DNA from: Eledone cirrhosa | Taxonomy: Eukaryota | Assembly: GCA_964016885.1 (NCBI GenBank) | Contig: OZ024740.1 | Location: 124,001 to 188,000 of the forward strand | Reading direction: 5' to 3' | DNA: 64,000 nt | In this document: piece after piece, positions 22,925-36,000 of the stretch | Layout: the number at the start of each line of letters is the position of its first letter | Position numbering within the stretch: position 1 is the stretch's first letter | Made by a program: the position numbers and the translations under genes | Notes under the pieces: model-generated | Told to the model about the DNA's origin: nothing | Seen by the model: only the letters and a program-made list of their open reading frames with translations | The model's database searches: none

Positions 22925-24501
22925 CGAGGTGTATCAGAAAAAGTTCCAGGACTGATGTCACAAAAATTTTATTTCAAACCCAAACTTCACACTAAGAGTT
23001 TTCTCCTTCAAAGTAATCCCCCTGGAGTATGTAACTGTAGTCTTAGCTCTCTGCAGCGATCAAACTTTTTTCTTCATAATTCTATATACATGTCCATGTG
23101 CAGGGCGATAAAAATAGACGGTAGCCACGGAGTAGGCAGACCCAGAAAAACCTGGGACGACTTGATAAATTCCGACCTCACACACTTACACCTCTCCAAG
23201 ACAATGTCACTGGACCGAGAGCTTTGGCGCTACGCAGTTATACAGAAGACCCACCTTGCCTAAGTACAAAGCGAAACCTAGTCAGTAGGCACCTCTAACA
23301 AAATACCCCCCCCTCCCACTACCCCCCCCCCCCCCCCTAAATGTGAAGTTATGTTGTACCACAACATCCAGTCCGAAACAAATGAGGTCGTGTAGGTGTC
23401 ACGACAAAAAAAAAAAAACACAGAGTCCACGCTGTAATGTGGCCGTGTAGGCAACATGGTAAAAACCTCCCAGTACACACTGTAAACGTGGTTGGTGTTG
23501 GGCAGGGCAACCAGCCGTAGAAAACCCGCCAGACGTGTAGGTGTCACGACAAAAAAACACAGTCCACGCTGTAATGTGGCCGTGTAGGTAACACGGTAAA
23601 AACCTCCCAGTACACACTGTAAACGTGGTTGGTGTTGGGAAGGGCATCCAGCCGTAGAAAACCTGCCAGACATCCTACCAATCTTGCCTCAAGTGGGAAA
23701 ACTCCCGTCCAAACCCATGCAAGCGTGAAAGATGGACGTTAAACGATGATGATGATGATGTCCTCTGTTTCACGTCATCAAGCAATGAGCACAGAGCAAT
23801 GAACAAACTTGAAGTTTCAGGTACGGTTGAGGAAAACTCCGTCAGAAGCACTGGGATTGCTGCAGCAAGTGTATGGAGATGAGACGATGCCACGCTCACA
23901 TGCTTTTGAGTGGTGCAAGAGGTTTAAAGAAGGACGCGAGGACGACCCCAGGAGTGGAAGGCCCTCAACAACCAGGACTGAGGTCAACGTTGAGCGCGTC
24001 AGGCACATGGTGCGTAGCGATCGTTGGCTGACTGTTCGACTGATGGCAAATGAGCTGGGCATGAATCGAGACAGCGTCTGGAAGATTCTCACTGAAGATT
24101 TGGATATGCCGAAAGTCTGCGCAAAGATGGTGCCAAAACTGCTGAACGATGATCAGAAGGGTCAATGCATGCAAGTGTGCCAGGACATCCTCGAGTGTCT
24201 TGAAACTGAACCAGACTTGCTAGGGACAGTCATCACCAGTGATGAGTCATGGATCTTCGAGTACAACCCGGAGGGGACCCGCTTTGAAGACGTGGATGAC
24301 ATCAAAAAGGTTGTGACGACGGAACTGCGGAGGATCCCGGAAGAATCCTTCCAGGAGTGCATGCAAGCATGGCAGAAAAAGATGGAAAAGTGCATTAGAC
24401 TCCAGGGGGATTACTTTGAAGGAGAAAACTCTTAGTGTGAAGTTTGGGTTTGAAATAAATCTTTTGTGACATCAGTCCTGGAACTTTTCTGACACACCTT
24501 A
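22925..24501 (+). mobile_element. Mariner element, internally deleted, with about 100-bp inverted ends; interrupted by an RTE 3' fragment (about 23098-23760)
   Basis: TA|CGAGGTGTATCAGAAAAAGTTCCAGGACTG ... CAGTCCTGGAACTTTTCTGACACACCTTA|TA. Confidence 0.9.
23784..24435 (+). pseudogene. Mariner transposase pseudogene (HTH region intact, catalytic core deleted)
   Basis: FEWCKRFKEGR, RSGRPST, KVCAKMVPKLL, ITSDESWIFEYNPE fused directly to GTRFEDVDDIK...GDYFEG; stop in codon 6. Confidence 0.9.
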
Positions 24502-24676
24502 TATATTTCTCATCACCAGTCTGAGGAGCAAATCGATACTGGAGTTGGGTCCGTAAGTCCTATGGGCCACCTTAAACCAATCCTCTGCGAAACGCATGTA
24601 ACAGGTTGATACACAAATATCTTTTATATGTAAACGAAACTTCCTTCTTCTATTATATAATATATACACATATACT

Positions 24677-26765
24677 GGGAGAAAGACAGTGTCCCCCCAC
24701 ATCGACCCAATAAAGGCACCAGCAGTGTTAGTCGAAGGTAGTATAATAAGTAAGGCAATCAAAGATATGAAGACGGGTAAGGCAGCTGGGCCTTCGGAAA
24801 TAGTTGCTGAGATGCTGAAAGCCTCTGGTACGGTGGGACACACCATGGTCACCCGGATAGTAAACCAAGTCATACAGAATGGGGTTGTTCCGAAGGACTG
24901 GCGTAGCAGCATCATCGTTAACTGTTACAAGGGTAAAGGAGACGCCCTAGATAGGAGTAACTATAGAGGCATTAAATTAATCGACCAGGTCATGAAGGTC
25001 ACGGAAAAAGTAATAGCGCAACTAATCAGAGAGAGAATTGATCTAGATGAAATGCAGTTCAGGTTTGTGTCAGGCAAAAGTACCACAGACGCTCTTTTCA
25101 TTGTACGACAACTACAGGAGAAGTACCTAGCTAAAAGTAAACCCCTATACATAGCTTTTGTCGACTTGGAGAAAGCCTTCGATAGAGTCACCCGTTCCAT
25201 TATCTGGTGGGCTCTTAGAAAAATAGGTGTTGACGAATGGCTTGTGAGAGCTATACAAGCCATGTATAAAGAAACAGTCAGCAAGGTTAGAATTAACAAC
25301 GAATATAGTGAAGAGTTTAGCGTAAAAGTTGGTGTCCATCAGGGCTCTGTTCTTAGCTCCCTACTATTTATTATTGCCCTTCAGGCTATAACAGAGGAGT
25401 TCAAGACCGGCTGTCCATGGGAACTCCTATACGCAGATGATCTAACGCTCATAGCTGAATCAATGACCGGGCTAGAGAAGAAATTCCAAACATGGAAGCA
25501 CGGCCTAGAATCAAAAGGCCTTAAAATTAACCTGGCTAAGACTAAAGTTCTAGTTTGTAGGAAAGAAAATAAGGCGCCGGTCCCTTCCGGGAAATAGCCA
25601 TGCTCAGTGTATAGGAAAGGCATAGGTAGAAACTCCATTTTATGTCCCAAATGCAAAGTATGGGTGCATAAAAGATGTAGTGGGATCACAGGTAAGCTAA
25701 CTAAGAACACAGATTTTACATGTGGCCAGTGCTCTGGTGCAATAAGTAGCAGCAAGTGCCCACAAAATACTAGCTCTTTCAATTGCGCCGAGGGTTCTAT
25801 AGAAATAGTGGATAGCTTCCGTTACCTGGGTGACAAAATCAGCAGTGGGGGAGGGTGCTCTGAAAGTACAGTAGCTAGAGTCAGAACGGGATGGAAAAAG
25901 TTCAGAGAGCTTATACCACTATTAGCCGCTAAAGGGTTCTCCCTAAAAATGAAAGGCAGGTTGTATGATGCCTGCATACGAACAGCAATGTTGCATGGCA
26001 GTGAGACCTGGGCATTGTGTGCAGAGGATATACGCAGACTAGAGAGGAACGAAGTTTGCATGCTCCGCTGGATGTGTAATAGTAATATACGTAAACGGCA
26101 AAGCATAAACGAACTAAGGAAAAAATTAGGAATAAGAGGGACCAGATGTTGTTTACTCGAGAGAAGGCTACGTTGGTATGGTCACGTGATGCGCATGAAA
26201 GACGACAGCTGTATAACAAAGTGCAGGGCAATAAAGATAGATGGTAGCCACGGAGTAGGCAGACCCAGAAAAACCTGGGACGAGCTGATAAATTCCGACC
26301 TCACACACTTACACCTCTCCAAGACAATGTCACTGGACCGAGACCTTTGGCGGTACTCAGTAACAGAGAAGACCCGCCTTACCTAAATACAAAGTAAAAC
26401 CTACTACAGTCAGTAGGCATCTCTAACAAAATACACCCCGTCCCACCCCATCCACACTGCCCCTTTCAATGCAAAGTTATGTTGGTGCCACAACATCCAG
26501 GCCGAAACAAATGAGATCGTGTAGGTGTCACGACAAAAAACACACAGTCCATGCTGTAATGTGGCCGTGTAGGCAACACGGTAAAAACCTCCCAGTCCCA
26601 CACTGTAAATGTGGTTGGTGTTAGGAAGGGCATCCAGCTGTAGAAAACCCGCCAGAGCAAGACAACCACTCTTGCCTCAAGTGGGAAAACCCCCGTCCAA
26701 ACCCATGCAAGCGTGGAACATGGACGTTAAACGATGATGATGATGATGATGATGACGATGATGAT
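24677..26765 (+). mobile_element. 5'-truncated young RTE LINE (complete RT domain, one premature TAG at 25595-25597, 3' UTR, (GAT)n tail)
   Basis: ORFs 24689-25597 and 25607-26386 are in the same frame: KAAGP, YKGKGD, NYRGIKL, FVDLEKAFDRV, HQGSVLS, LLYADD, FRYLG. Confidence 0.96.
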
Positions 26766-26807
26766 ACTTTCTATTATATAATATATATATACATATACTT
26801 TATATGT

Positions 26808-27190
26808 ATGGATGCACTTGGCTTAGTGGTTTGAGTATTGGCCTTGCAATCGAAAGGTTGTGAGTTCAATTCTCTGACCAGGTGATGTGTTGTTTCCTTG
26901 AGCAAGACACTGTATTTCACATTGCTCCAGTTTACTCAGCTGTAGAAATGAGATTATAGGACTGGGGTCCATATCATTCCATTGCAAAGTGGTCGTGGAG
27001 GTGCCACGGCAAAAAAGCACCCAGCCCACACTGTAAAGTGGACGTGTAGGCGCCATGGAAAAAAAGCAACCAGCACTCACTGTAAATGAGGTTGGTGTTA
27101 GGAAGGGCATCCAGCTATAGAAATCAAGCCAGAATCAGTTCCCATCCCACCCTTGCAAGCAGGGAAAAGCGGATGTAAAATGATGATGAT
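26808..27190 (+). mobile_element. tRNA-derived SINE with RTE-type tail
   Basis: A-box TGGCTTAGTGG, B-box GAGTTCAATTC; same family as 3442-3772. Confidence 0.82.
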
Positions 27191-27871
27191 ACTTTGATAT
27201 TTACTTTACATTTATACAATTCCCCAATGTATTGAAACATTTGTGTGTAATTGGACAAATATCAAATGAAACTGCTTACATTGAAATTTAACAATGCCAG
27301 GCATCAGTCTAGACCAGTTTAACCACTAATATTAACCAGGATAGAACTGACACAGATGTATAATAGAATAGAAAAGTTAACTAATCAATACATACAACCC
27401 AATAAGGAATTTGTTTCACTCGACTTTCTATCATCAACAACTAAATCTCCGTCCAGTCATATGTTAAAACCTCAAAGGCACACTGGATAATGTATTAGTT
27501 GTATTAGTTTAAAAAAAGATAGTGTAGAGTATGCAAGCAGACCGCAAAGAGGACATGATTGTTGATTGCACCAGTGATTCCCATAATGCAACAGAAGTAA
27601 AGGGAAACGGCACTAGCGTCTTACAATTCTAGCATCTAGCAACTCTAGTGTCTTAAAAATATCAGTCATGAACAAAGATCTTTTTACAAAACATGTATTT
27701 TAGTGTTGCCTCTTCTTGGTCTATATAACACAACTGGAAGTTATAGTGGGATTGTTACTGGAATGTCTGTGATCATAAGTTAGCTTCAGCCTTTCATTGT
27801 ATTTCTCCACAAGCTAGAAAATACCATCATATATAGGGCTACACAGGTGAAATAGTGATTATTTGGGCCCC

Positions 27872-28815
27872 CATCATCGTTTAACGTCTATCTTCCACGC
27901 TAGCATGGGTTTGACGGGAGTTGTCCCATTCAAAACAAGATTGGTCGGGTGACCTTGTCTCGCTCGTATGGGACTGTCTGGCAGGTTTTCTACGGATGGA
28001 TGCCCTTCCTAACACCAACCACGTTTACATTGTGGACTGGGAACTTTTTACCGTGTTACCTACACGACCACATTACAGTGTGGACTGTGTTTTTTTTGCC
28101 GTGACACCTACACGACCTCATTAGTTTGGACTGGATGTTGTGGTACCAACATAACTTTATAGAGAAAGGGTGGTGATGGCAAGAGTGGGAGGATGGAGTA
28201 GGGGTAGTGGGTTGGGGTGTGTTTGGGTCGGAGGGACCTACTGACTGTAGGTTAACTTTGCATGTAGGGAAGGCGGGTCTTCTCTAATACTGTGTGGCAC
28301 CAAAGATCTCGATCCAGTGACATTGTCTTAGAGAGGTGTAAGTGTGGAAGGTCAGACTTTATCATGTCATTCCAGGTTTTTCTGGGTCTACCTACTCCGT
28401 AACTTCCATCAGTTTTGATCGCCCTGCACTTTTTTATACAGCTGTCGTCTTTCATGCATATCACATGACCATACCAACGTAGTCTTCTCTCGAGTAAACT
28501 GAATCTGATCCCTCTTATGCCTAATTTCTCATTTAGTTCAGCTGTTCACGAATATTACTATTATACATCCATCGGATCATGCATGTTTCGTTCCTGTCCA
28601 GTCTGCACAGGTCCTCTGCACACAATGCCCATGTCTCACTGCCATGAAACATTGCTGTTTGTAGAGAGAAACCTTTAGTGGTCAATAGTGGTATAAGCTC
28701 TCTGAACTTTTTCCATCCCGTTCTGACTCTGGCTACTATACTTTCAGAACACCCTCCACCACTGCTGAATTTGTCACCCAGGTAACGGAAAGCGTCCACT
28801 ATTTCTACGGAACCA
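27872..28815 (-). mobile_element. RTE LINE 3' fragment, degraded
   Basis: SVEIVDAFRYLG...FHGSETW...GRPRKTW and 3' UTR with GAT tail. Confidence 0.9.
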
Positions 28816-29671
28816 TAATCATTTGTACATATTCCATGTTGGACTGAGTTGGGTGGGTTGTTACAGTGTGTCAACTCTTAGTGTTACTGTTATTCTAGAT
28901 TGGTCTGAGGACCATGTCTTGTTCATAACTTCCAATTTTTGGCATTATCTCTATGGCTAGATGTCAGTCCCAGCACCAACCATAGTCTGGTTAGATATTA
29001 TCGTGGAAGCAGCACTATCTATTTACACAATGTACTAAGTCATTTTATCAAGGCATCAGCTTTAGAGAAGTCTTGTCCTTCATTGTCAACATCATTTTAA
29101 CATCCGCTTTCTGTTAGCAAGGGTTAGACGTATCTACCTAGACCAAGTCAGTACTTAAGTGGGACTTCTGACATGCCAGAGATCTGTGTCTCGCTTATGT
29201 ATATTCTTAACATTCTCTCTTTAATGTTTAAGGCTAGTTTTAATTTTTATTAGACTACCCGTGACCCGCTGGGTCACATTGCCTTTAAAATATCTTTTTT
29301 AAAATCGTGTTTATTTAAAAATAATTTTTAAATAATTAAAATATACAAAGACATGTATATAATATGAAATGAAACTGGAAGGCCCATATATATATACGTG
29401 TGTGTATGTATCATCATCATCTTCGTTTAACGTCCATTTTCCATGCTAGCATGGGTTATATATATATAAATGTGTGTGTTTGTATACATATATATGTCTA
29501 TGTGTGTGTGTATATATATATATATATACTTAGGTTAATAGGAGTTAGGTATTGTATACCCGTGTCCCATTAAGGTATTGGTACCATAATAATTAGCTCT
29601 ATGCTTTGGAGCAGAGCCGTATATATGATAAAGAACACAAGAGCGTCTACAACATCAAAAGATTTTTATTG

Positions 29672-29716
29672 GCTTACAATGTTTCTTCCTTACGTAACCA
29701 TAGGATTCGTCAGAGC
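29672..29716 (-). ncRNA. Type I hammerhead ribozyme (mirror of 32563-32607)
   Basis: Exact reverse complement of the plus-strand copy. Confidence 0.72.
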
Positions 29717-32048
29717 TATAAAAGGGGTTTGATTGGTGTTATGGACTCTACCAACCAAACATTCAAGAACAAAGAGTAAAGAGCAAAAGTAGGGGACGAT
29801 AAGTCTAATTTTGGTGCGGGGGGGGGGTCCGTGTTTACTAGCTGCGGTCATATTCATTCCCGGGAGTCGAGTGGTTAGCTGAACCATAGATGGGGTGGCG
29901 TCGATAGTAGGGTGCAGAGGCTACACACACACAAAGGGCATACAATATATATATAACGGAGGAGAAAGTACATGAGGTAATTAGAAATGGAAAAAGAGTA
30001 ATAATAATAATCTATAATTAATAATGTATAATAAGGCATGGGGAAGATTACACTATAATAAGGTAAAATATAAAGGAGGATAAGAGTGAAAATAAGAATA
30101 AAGATAAAAAATATATATATATTAAAAAAATATATAGAGAATATATAAAGAAATATAAGCAAGTATTTGAAGGGGAAAACACAATGTAAAAAAAACAGAT
30201 TTTTTTTTTTTTTTTTCAAATAAAAATATAATTATGGGGGGAGAAAACGGGATAGAGAAATATGATCAAATGTGATTAGTTGAGAGAATATAAGATGATA
30301 ATAGTTTTGTCAAGTTTATACATCTTAATAATAAATAATCTGTATATCAGAGTTACAGAACCTTCAATTCACTTACAGGTTCAAGCCACGTGGCATAGTC
30401 CATTGTTTATCTGTGCGGTCATGTGCGTTTGTTTTTGACACCACAGCAGATGCACAAGTTCATAAATTCCAATGCAGATAGAAATCTATTTTTGCTCACC
30501 CAGACATCGACGGAAGATCCAATATTCCTAGTTCAATATGTGTGTGGTGTTATTTTGGTCGCACAAATCAATCACTTGGTTCAGTATTATGGAGTATGGT
30601 TGTATATCTCGAAATCACAAGGATCACAGTACTCCGGTTTGGTGAGATTATCGGTCATCCAACTATGTTGTCGGTGGTTGGATTCAATTCTATTGCCCCG
30701 AACGTAGAACTTTGGTGTCGATTGAACATTAACGAGGCAGAGTGAGATCGCATCTGTGGTACAAAACGGTACGCAAGGAAATTCTTCGTCTTCGTTTCAT
30801 CCTGGTCCAGCAGTCACGTGCAAGAACCGTTACGTAGTAATTGTGATGGTAATCGGTCAAGATAGTAACTGACCGAAAATTCTCTTAGGAATTCAGACAG
30901 GCATGACAGGTACATTTAGGTCAGCAGTTTCTTTGTGTACATGTGTCCGATACACACAGACACATATTTATATGTATTTCAACTCAAAAAATTCAATTGA
31001 TTCGCTTATTGATATTATATCTCTGTTGCTCCGATGTGCATGTTGTGGTGTTCTGTTCGTGTTTAGCATTCACTGTGTTTTGCCATTGCCTTGAATGTGA
31101 TGTTATGGTCATCAATAGTTCGGCAAGCGCATTCCTCTCTTATATTGCGGAGAATGGTGTTCTGGTCCTCAGTAAACATTTGGGTCAGCAGGAGGGGTGG
31201 TGGTTCTCAGTTTCAACTTCGACAATACATATGTGTTACTCTACATATCGTGCTCCTCTCAAAGAAGAGTATTATAGGAGGAATTCATGCCAAACACCAC
31301 ATATAGAGAAGACTTCTACTGAAAAAATATACATACATATACACATATATACACACATCATACACACACATTCCTAAGAGAATTTTCGGTCAGTTACTAT
31401 CTTGACCGATTACCATCACAATTACTACGTAACGGTTCTTGCACGTGACTGCTGGACCAGGATGAAACGAAGACGAAGAATTTCCTTGCGTACCGTTTTG
31501 TACCACAGATGCGATCTCACTCTGCCTCGTTAATGTTCAATCGACACCAAAGTTCTACGTTCGGGGCAATAGAATTGAATCCAACCACCGACAACATAGT
31601 TGGATGACCGATAATCTCACCAAACCGGAGTACTGTGATCCTTGTGATTTCGAGATATACAACCATACTCCATAATACTGAACCAAGTGATTGATTTGTG
31701 CGACCAAAATAACACCACACACATATTGAACTAGGAATATTGGATCTTCCGTCGATGTCTGGGTGAGCAAAAATAGATTTCTATCTGCATTGGAATTTAC
31801 GAACTTGTGCATCTGATGTGGTGTCAAAAACAAATGCACATGACCGCACAGATAAACAATGGACTATGCCACGTGGCTTGAACCTGTAAGTGAATTGAAG
31901 GTTCTGTAACTCTGATATACAGATTATTTATTATTAAGATGTATAAACTTGACAAAACTATTATCATCTTATATTCTCCCAACTAATCACATTTGATCAT
32001 ATTTCTCTATCCCGTTTTCTCCCCCCATAATTATAATATTTTTATTTG

Positions 32049-32080
<32 letters not shown>

Positions 32081-32562
32081 ATCTTTTTTTTTACATTGTG
32101 TTTTCCCCTTCAAATACTTGCTTATATTTCTTTATATATTCTCTATATATTTTTTTAATATATATATATTTTTTATCTTTATTCTTATTTTCACTCTTAT
32201 CCTCCTTTATATTTTACCTTATTATAGTGTAATCTTCCCCATGCCTTATTATACATTATTAATTATAGATTATTATTATTACTCTTTTTCCATTTCTAAT
32301 TACCTCATGTACTTTCTCCTCCGTTATATATATATTGTATGCCCTTTGTGTGTGTGTAGCCTCTGCACCCTACTATCGACGCCACCCCATCTATGGTTCA
32401 GCTAACCACTCGACTCCCGGGAATGAATATGACCGCAGCTAGTAAACACGGACCCCCCCCCGCACCAAAATTAGACTTATCGTCCCCTACTTTTGCTCTT
32501 TACTCTTTGTTCTTGAATGTTTGGTTGGTAGAGTCCATAACACCAATCAAACCCCTTTTATA

Positions 32563-32607
32563 GCTCTGACGAATCCTATGGTTACGTAAGGAAGAAACAT
32601 TGTAAGC
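32563..32607 (+). ncRNA. Type I hammerhead ribozyme (minimal, PLE-type)
   Basis: GCT-CTGACGA-aTCCT(atggttacgta)AGGAa-GAAAC-ATT-GTA-AGC then AATAAA; GUA triplet; A.A mismatch at the base of stem II. Confidence 0.72.
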
Positions 32608-33094
32608 CAATAAAAATCTTTTGATGTTGTAGACGCTCTTGTGTTCTTTATCATATATATATATATATATATATATGTGTGGGTTCTGTGATCCATATAC
32701 ACTGGTCAGAGACACACACATATATATATATTCACACATACTCACATATATACACACACACACAACAGCACCAGCCCTCTCCCCCATTCCCCTTCTCGCT
32801 TTCAATCTACTCTCTCAAAACCACTATCACTTTCTCTCTATCCTTCTCTATCTCTCTATTTATGAAGGTACCCAGAAACATCCCGTATCTCAAGAACCTC
32901 TTCACCAATTTACGCGAAACTTGTTTTATTCCTTTTATATTCTCATTTCAGGGTCAGCTTCTTTTCAAAGAATTTTCTCATTATGCCCCCTTTTGGCTGT
33001 ATTACATTACATACAAGCAAGCAAGCAATCAGAGAATTTTAGTAATATATAGATAGCTAGTTTTAGTGTTTATGCCTAGTTTTAGAGTTAAAGG

Positions 33095-36000
33095 CTAGGT
33101 AGTGTTTATGGCTAGGTAGAGTGTTTATGGCTAGATACAGTGTTTATGGCTAGATACAGTGTTTATGGCTAGATACAGTGTTTATGGCTAGATATAGTGT
33201 TTATGGCTAGATATAGTGTTTATGGCTAGATAGAGTGTTTATGGCTAGATACAGTGTTTATGGCTAGATACAGTGTTTATGGCTAGATAGAGTGTTTATG
33301 GCTAGATAGAGTGTTTATGGCTAGATAGAGTGTTTATGGCTAGATAGAGTGTTTATGGCTAGATAGAGTGTTTATGGCTAGGTAGAGTGTTTATGGCTAA
33401 GTAGAGTGTTTATGGCTAGGTAGAGTGTTTATGGCTAGATACAGTGTTTATGGCTAGGTAGAGTGTTTATGGCTAGGTAGAGTGTTTATGGCTAGATATA
33501 GTGTTTATGGCTAGGTAGAGTGTTTATGGCTAGGTAGAGTGTTTATGGCTAGATACAGTGTTTATGGCTAGGTAGAGTGTTTATGGCTAGGTAGAGTGTT
33601 TATGGCTAGATACAGTGTTTATGGCTAGGTAGAGTGTTTATGGCTAGATACAGTGTTTATGGCTAGGTAGAGTGTTTATGGCTAGATACAGTGTTTATGG
33701 CTAGGTAGAGTGTTTATGGCTAGATACAGTGTTTATGGCTAGATATAGTGTTTATGGCTAGATAGAGTGTTTATGGCTAGATAGAGTGTTTATGGCTAGG
33801 TAGAGTGTTTATGGCTAGGTAGAGTGTTTATGGCTAGATAGAGTGTTTATGGCTAGATATAGTGTTTATGGCTAGATACAGTGTTTATGGCTAGGTAGAG
33901 TGTTTATGGCTAGGTAGAGTGTTTATGGCTAGATACAGTGTTTATGGCTAGGTAGAGTGTTTATGGCTAGGTAGAGTGTTTATGGCTAGATACAGTGTTT
34001 ATGGCTAGGTAGAGTGTTTATGGCTAGGTAGAGTGTTTATGGCTAGATACAGTGTTTATGGCTAGGTAGAGTGTTTATGGCTAGATACAGTGTTTATGGC
34101 TAGGTAGAGTGTTTATGGCTAGGTAGAGTGTTTATGGCTAGATACAGTGTTTATGGCTAGGTAGAGTGTTTATGGCTAGATATAGTGTTTATGGCTAGAT
34201 ATAGTGTTTATGGCTAGATACAGTGTTTATGGCTAGATAGAGTGTTTATGGCTAGATACAGTGTTTATGGCTAGATACAGTGTTTATGGCTAGATATAGT
34301 GTTTATGGCTAGATAGAGTGTTTATGGCTAGATACAGTGTTTATGGCTAGATACAGTGTTTATGGCTAGGTAGAGTGTTTATGGCTAGGTAGAGTGTTTA
34401 TGGCTAGGTAGAGTGTTTATGGCTAGGTAGAGTGTTTATGGCTAGATACAGTGTTTATGGCTAGGTAGAGTGTTATGGCTAGATAGAGTGTTTATGGCTA
34501 GATACAGTGTTTATGGCTAGGTAGAGTGTTTATGGCTAGGTATGGTGTTTATGGCTAGATATAGTGTTTATGGCTAGATACAGTGTTTATGGCTAGATAG
34601 AGTGCAGTGTTTATGGCTAGGTATAGTGTTTATGGCTAGGTAGAGTGCAGTGTTTATGGCTAGGTATAGTGTTTATGGCTCGATATAGTGTTTATGGCTA
34701 GATACAGTGTTTATGGCTAGGTATAGTGTTTATGACTAGATACAGTGTTTATGGCTAGATATAGTGTTTATGGCTAGATATAGTGTTTATGGCTAGATAT
34801 AGTGTTTATGGCTAGATACAGTGTTTATGGCTAGGTAGAGTGCAGTGTTTATGGCTAGGTATAGTGTTTATGGCTAGGTAGAGTGCAGTGTTTATGGCTA
34901 GGTATAGTGTTTATGGCTAGATATAGTGTTTATGGCTAGATACAGTGTTTATGGCTAGATATAGTGTTTATGGCTAGGTAGAGTGCAGTGTTTATGGCTA
35001 GATATAGTGTTTATGGCTAGGTATAGTGTTTATGGCTAGGTATAGTGTTTATGGCTAGATATAGTGTTTATGGCTAGATATAGTGTTTATGGCTAGATAT
35101 AGTGTTTATGGCTAGATACAGTGTTTATGGCTAGATATAGTGTTTATGGCTAGATACAGTGTTTATGGCTAGGTATAGTGTTTATGGCTAGATATAGTGT
35201 TTATGGCTAGATATAGTGTTTATGGCTAGGTAGAGTGCAGTGTTTATGGCTAGGTAGAGTGCAGTGTTTATGGCTAGGTATAGTGTTTATGGCTAGATAT
35301 AGTGTTTATGGCTAGATACAGTGTTTATGGCTAGGTATAGTGTTTATGGCTAGATACAGTGTTTATGGCTAGGTATAGTGTTTATGGCTAGATATAGTGT
35401 TTATGGCTAGATATAGTGTTTATGGCTAGATACAGTGTTTATGGCTAGATATAGTGTTTATGGCTAGATATAGTGTTTATGGCTAGATATAGTGTTTATG
35501 GCTAGGTAGAGTGCAGTGTTTATGGCTAGGTATAGTGTTTATGGCTAGGTATAGTGTTTATGGCTAGATACAGTGTTTATGGCTAGATACAGTGTTTATG
35601 GCTAGGTATAGTGTTTATGGCTAGATATAGTGTTTATGGCTAGATATAGTGTTTATGGCTAGGTAGAGTGCAGTGTTTATGGCTAGATATAGTGTTTATG
35701 GCTAGATATAGTGTTTATGGCTAGATACAGTGTTTATGGCTAGATACAGTGTTTATGGCTAGATACAGTGTTTATGGCTAGATACAGTGTTTATGGCTAG
35801 ATATAGTGTTTATGGCTAGATACAGTGTTTATGGATAGATATAGTGTTTATGGCTAGATATAGTGTTTATGGCTAGATATAGTGTTTATGGCTAGATATA
35901 GTGTTTATGGCTAGATAGAGTGTTTATGGCTAGGTAGAGTGTTTATGGCTAGATATAGTGTTTATGGCTAGATATAGTGTTTATGGCTAGATAGAGTGTT

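Larger units (their letters stand above)
29620..32659. mobile_element. About 1.28-kb near-perfect inverted repeat pair (29620-30892 / 31370-32659) with 477-bp spacer; non-autonomous Penelope-type element
   Basis: Arms are reverse complements with only a handful of differences; hammerhead plus AATAAA at the outer ends; possible GIY-YIG terminal remnant TMPRGLNL* at 31863-31889; TA-repeat flanks. Confidence 0.85.
29250..33056 (+). mobile_element. Possible non-autonomous Helitron/Helentron-like element hosting the 3-kb fold-back insertion
   Basis: 5' hairpin GTGACCCGCTGGGTCAC; 3' (CAAG)n microsatellite then TTTTAGTAATATATAGAT; similar TGTTTA.G.CTAGTTTTA flanks on both sides. Confidence 0.4.

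Noticed and set aside
26808-26885. tRNA gene
   Set aside because: A/B boxes are present, but it continues into a SINE body and LINE-type tail with no clean cloverleaf
29875-32405. Mirror-image ORFs (hydrophobic 114/119 aa; 94 and 67 aa pairs)
   Set aside because: Low-complexity or chance ORFs duplicated only because of the inverted repeat; no recognisable domains
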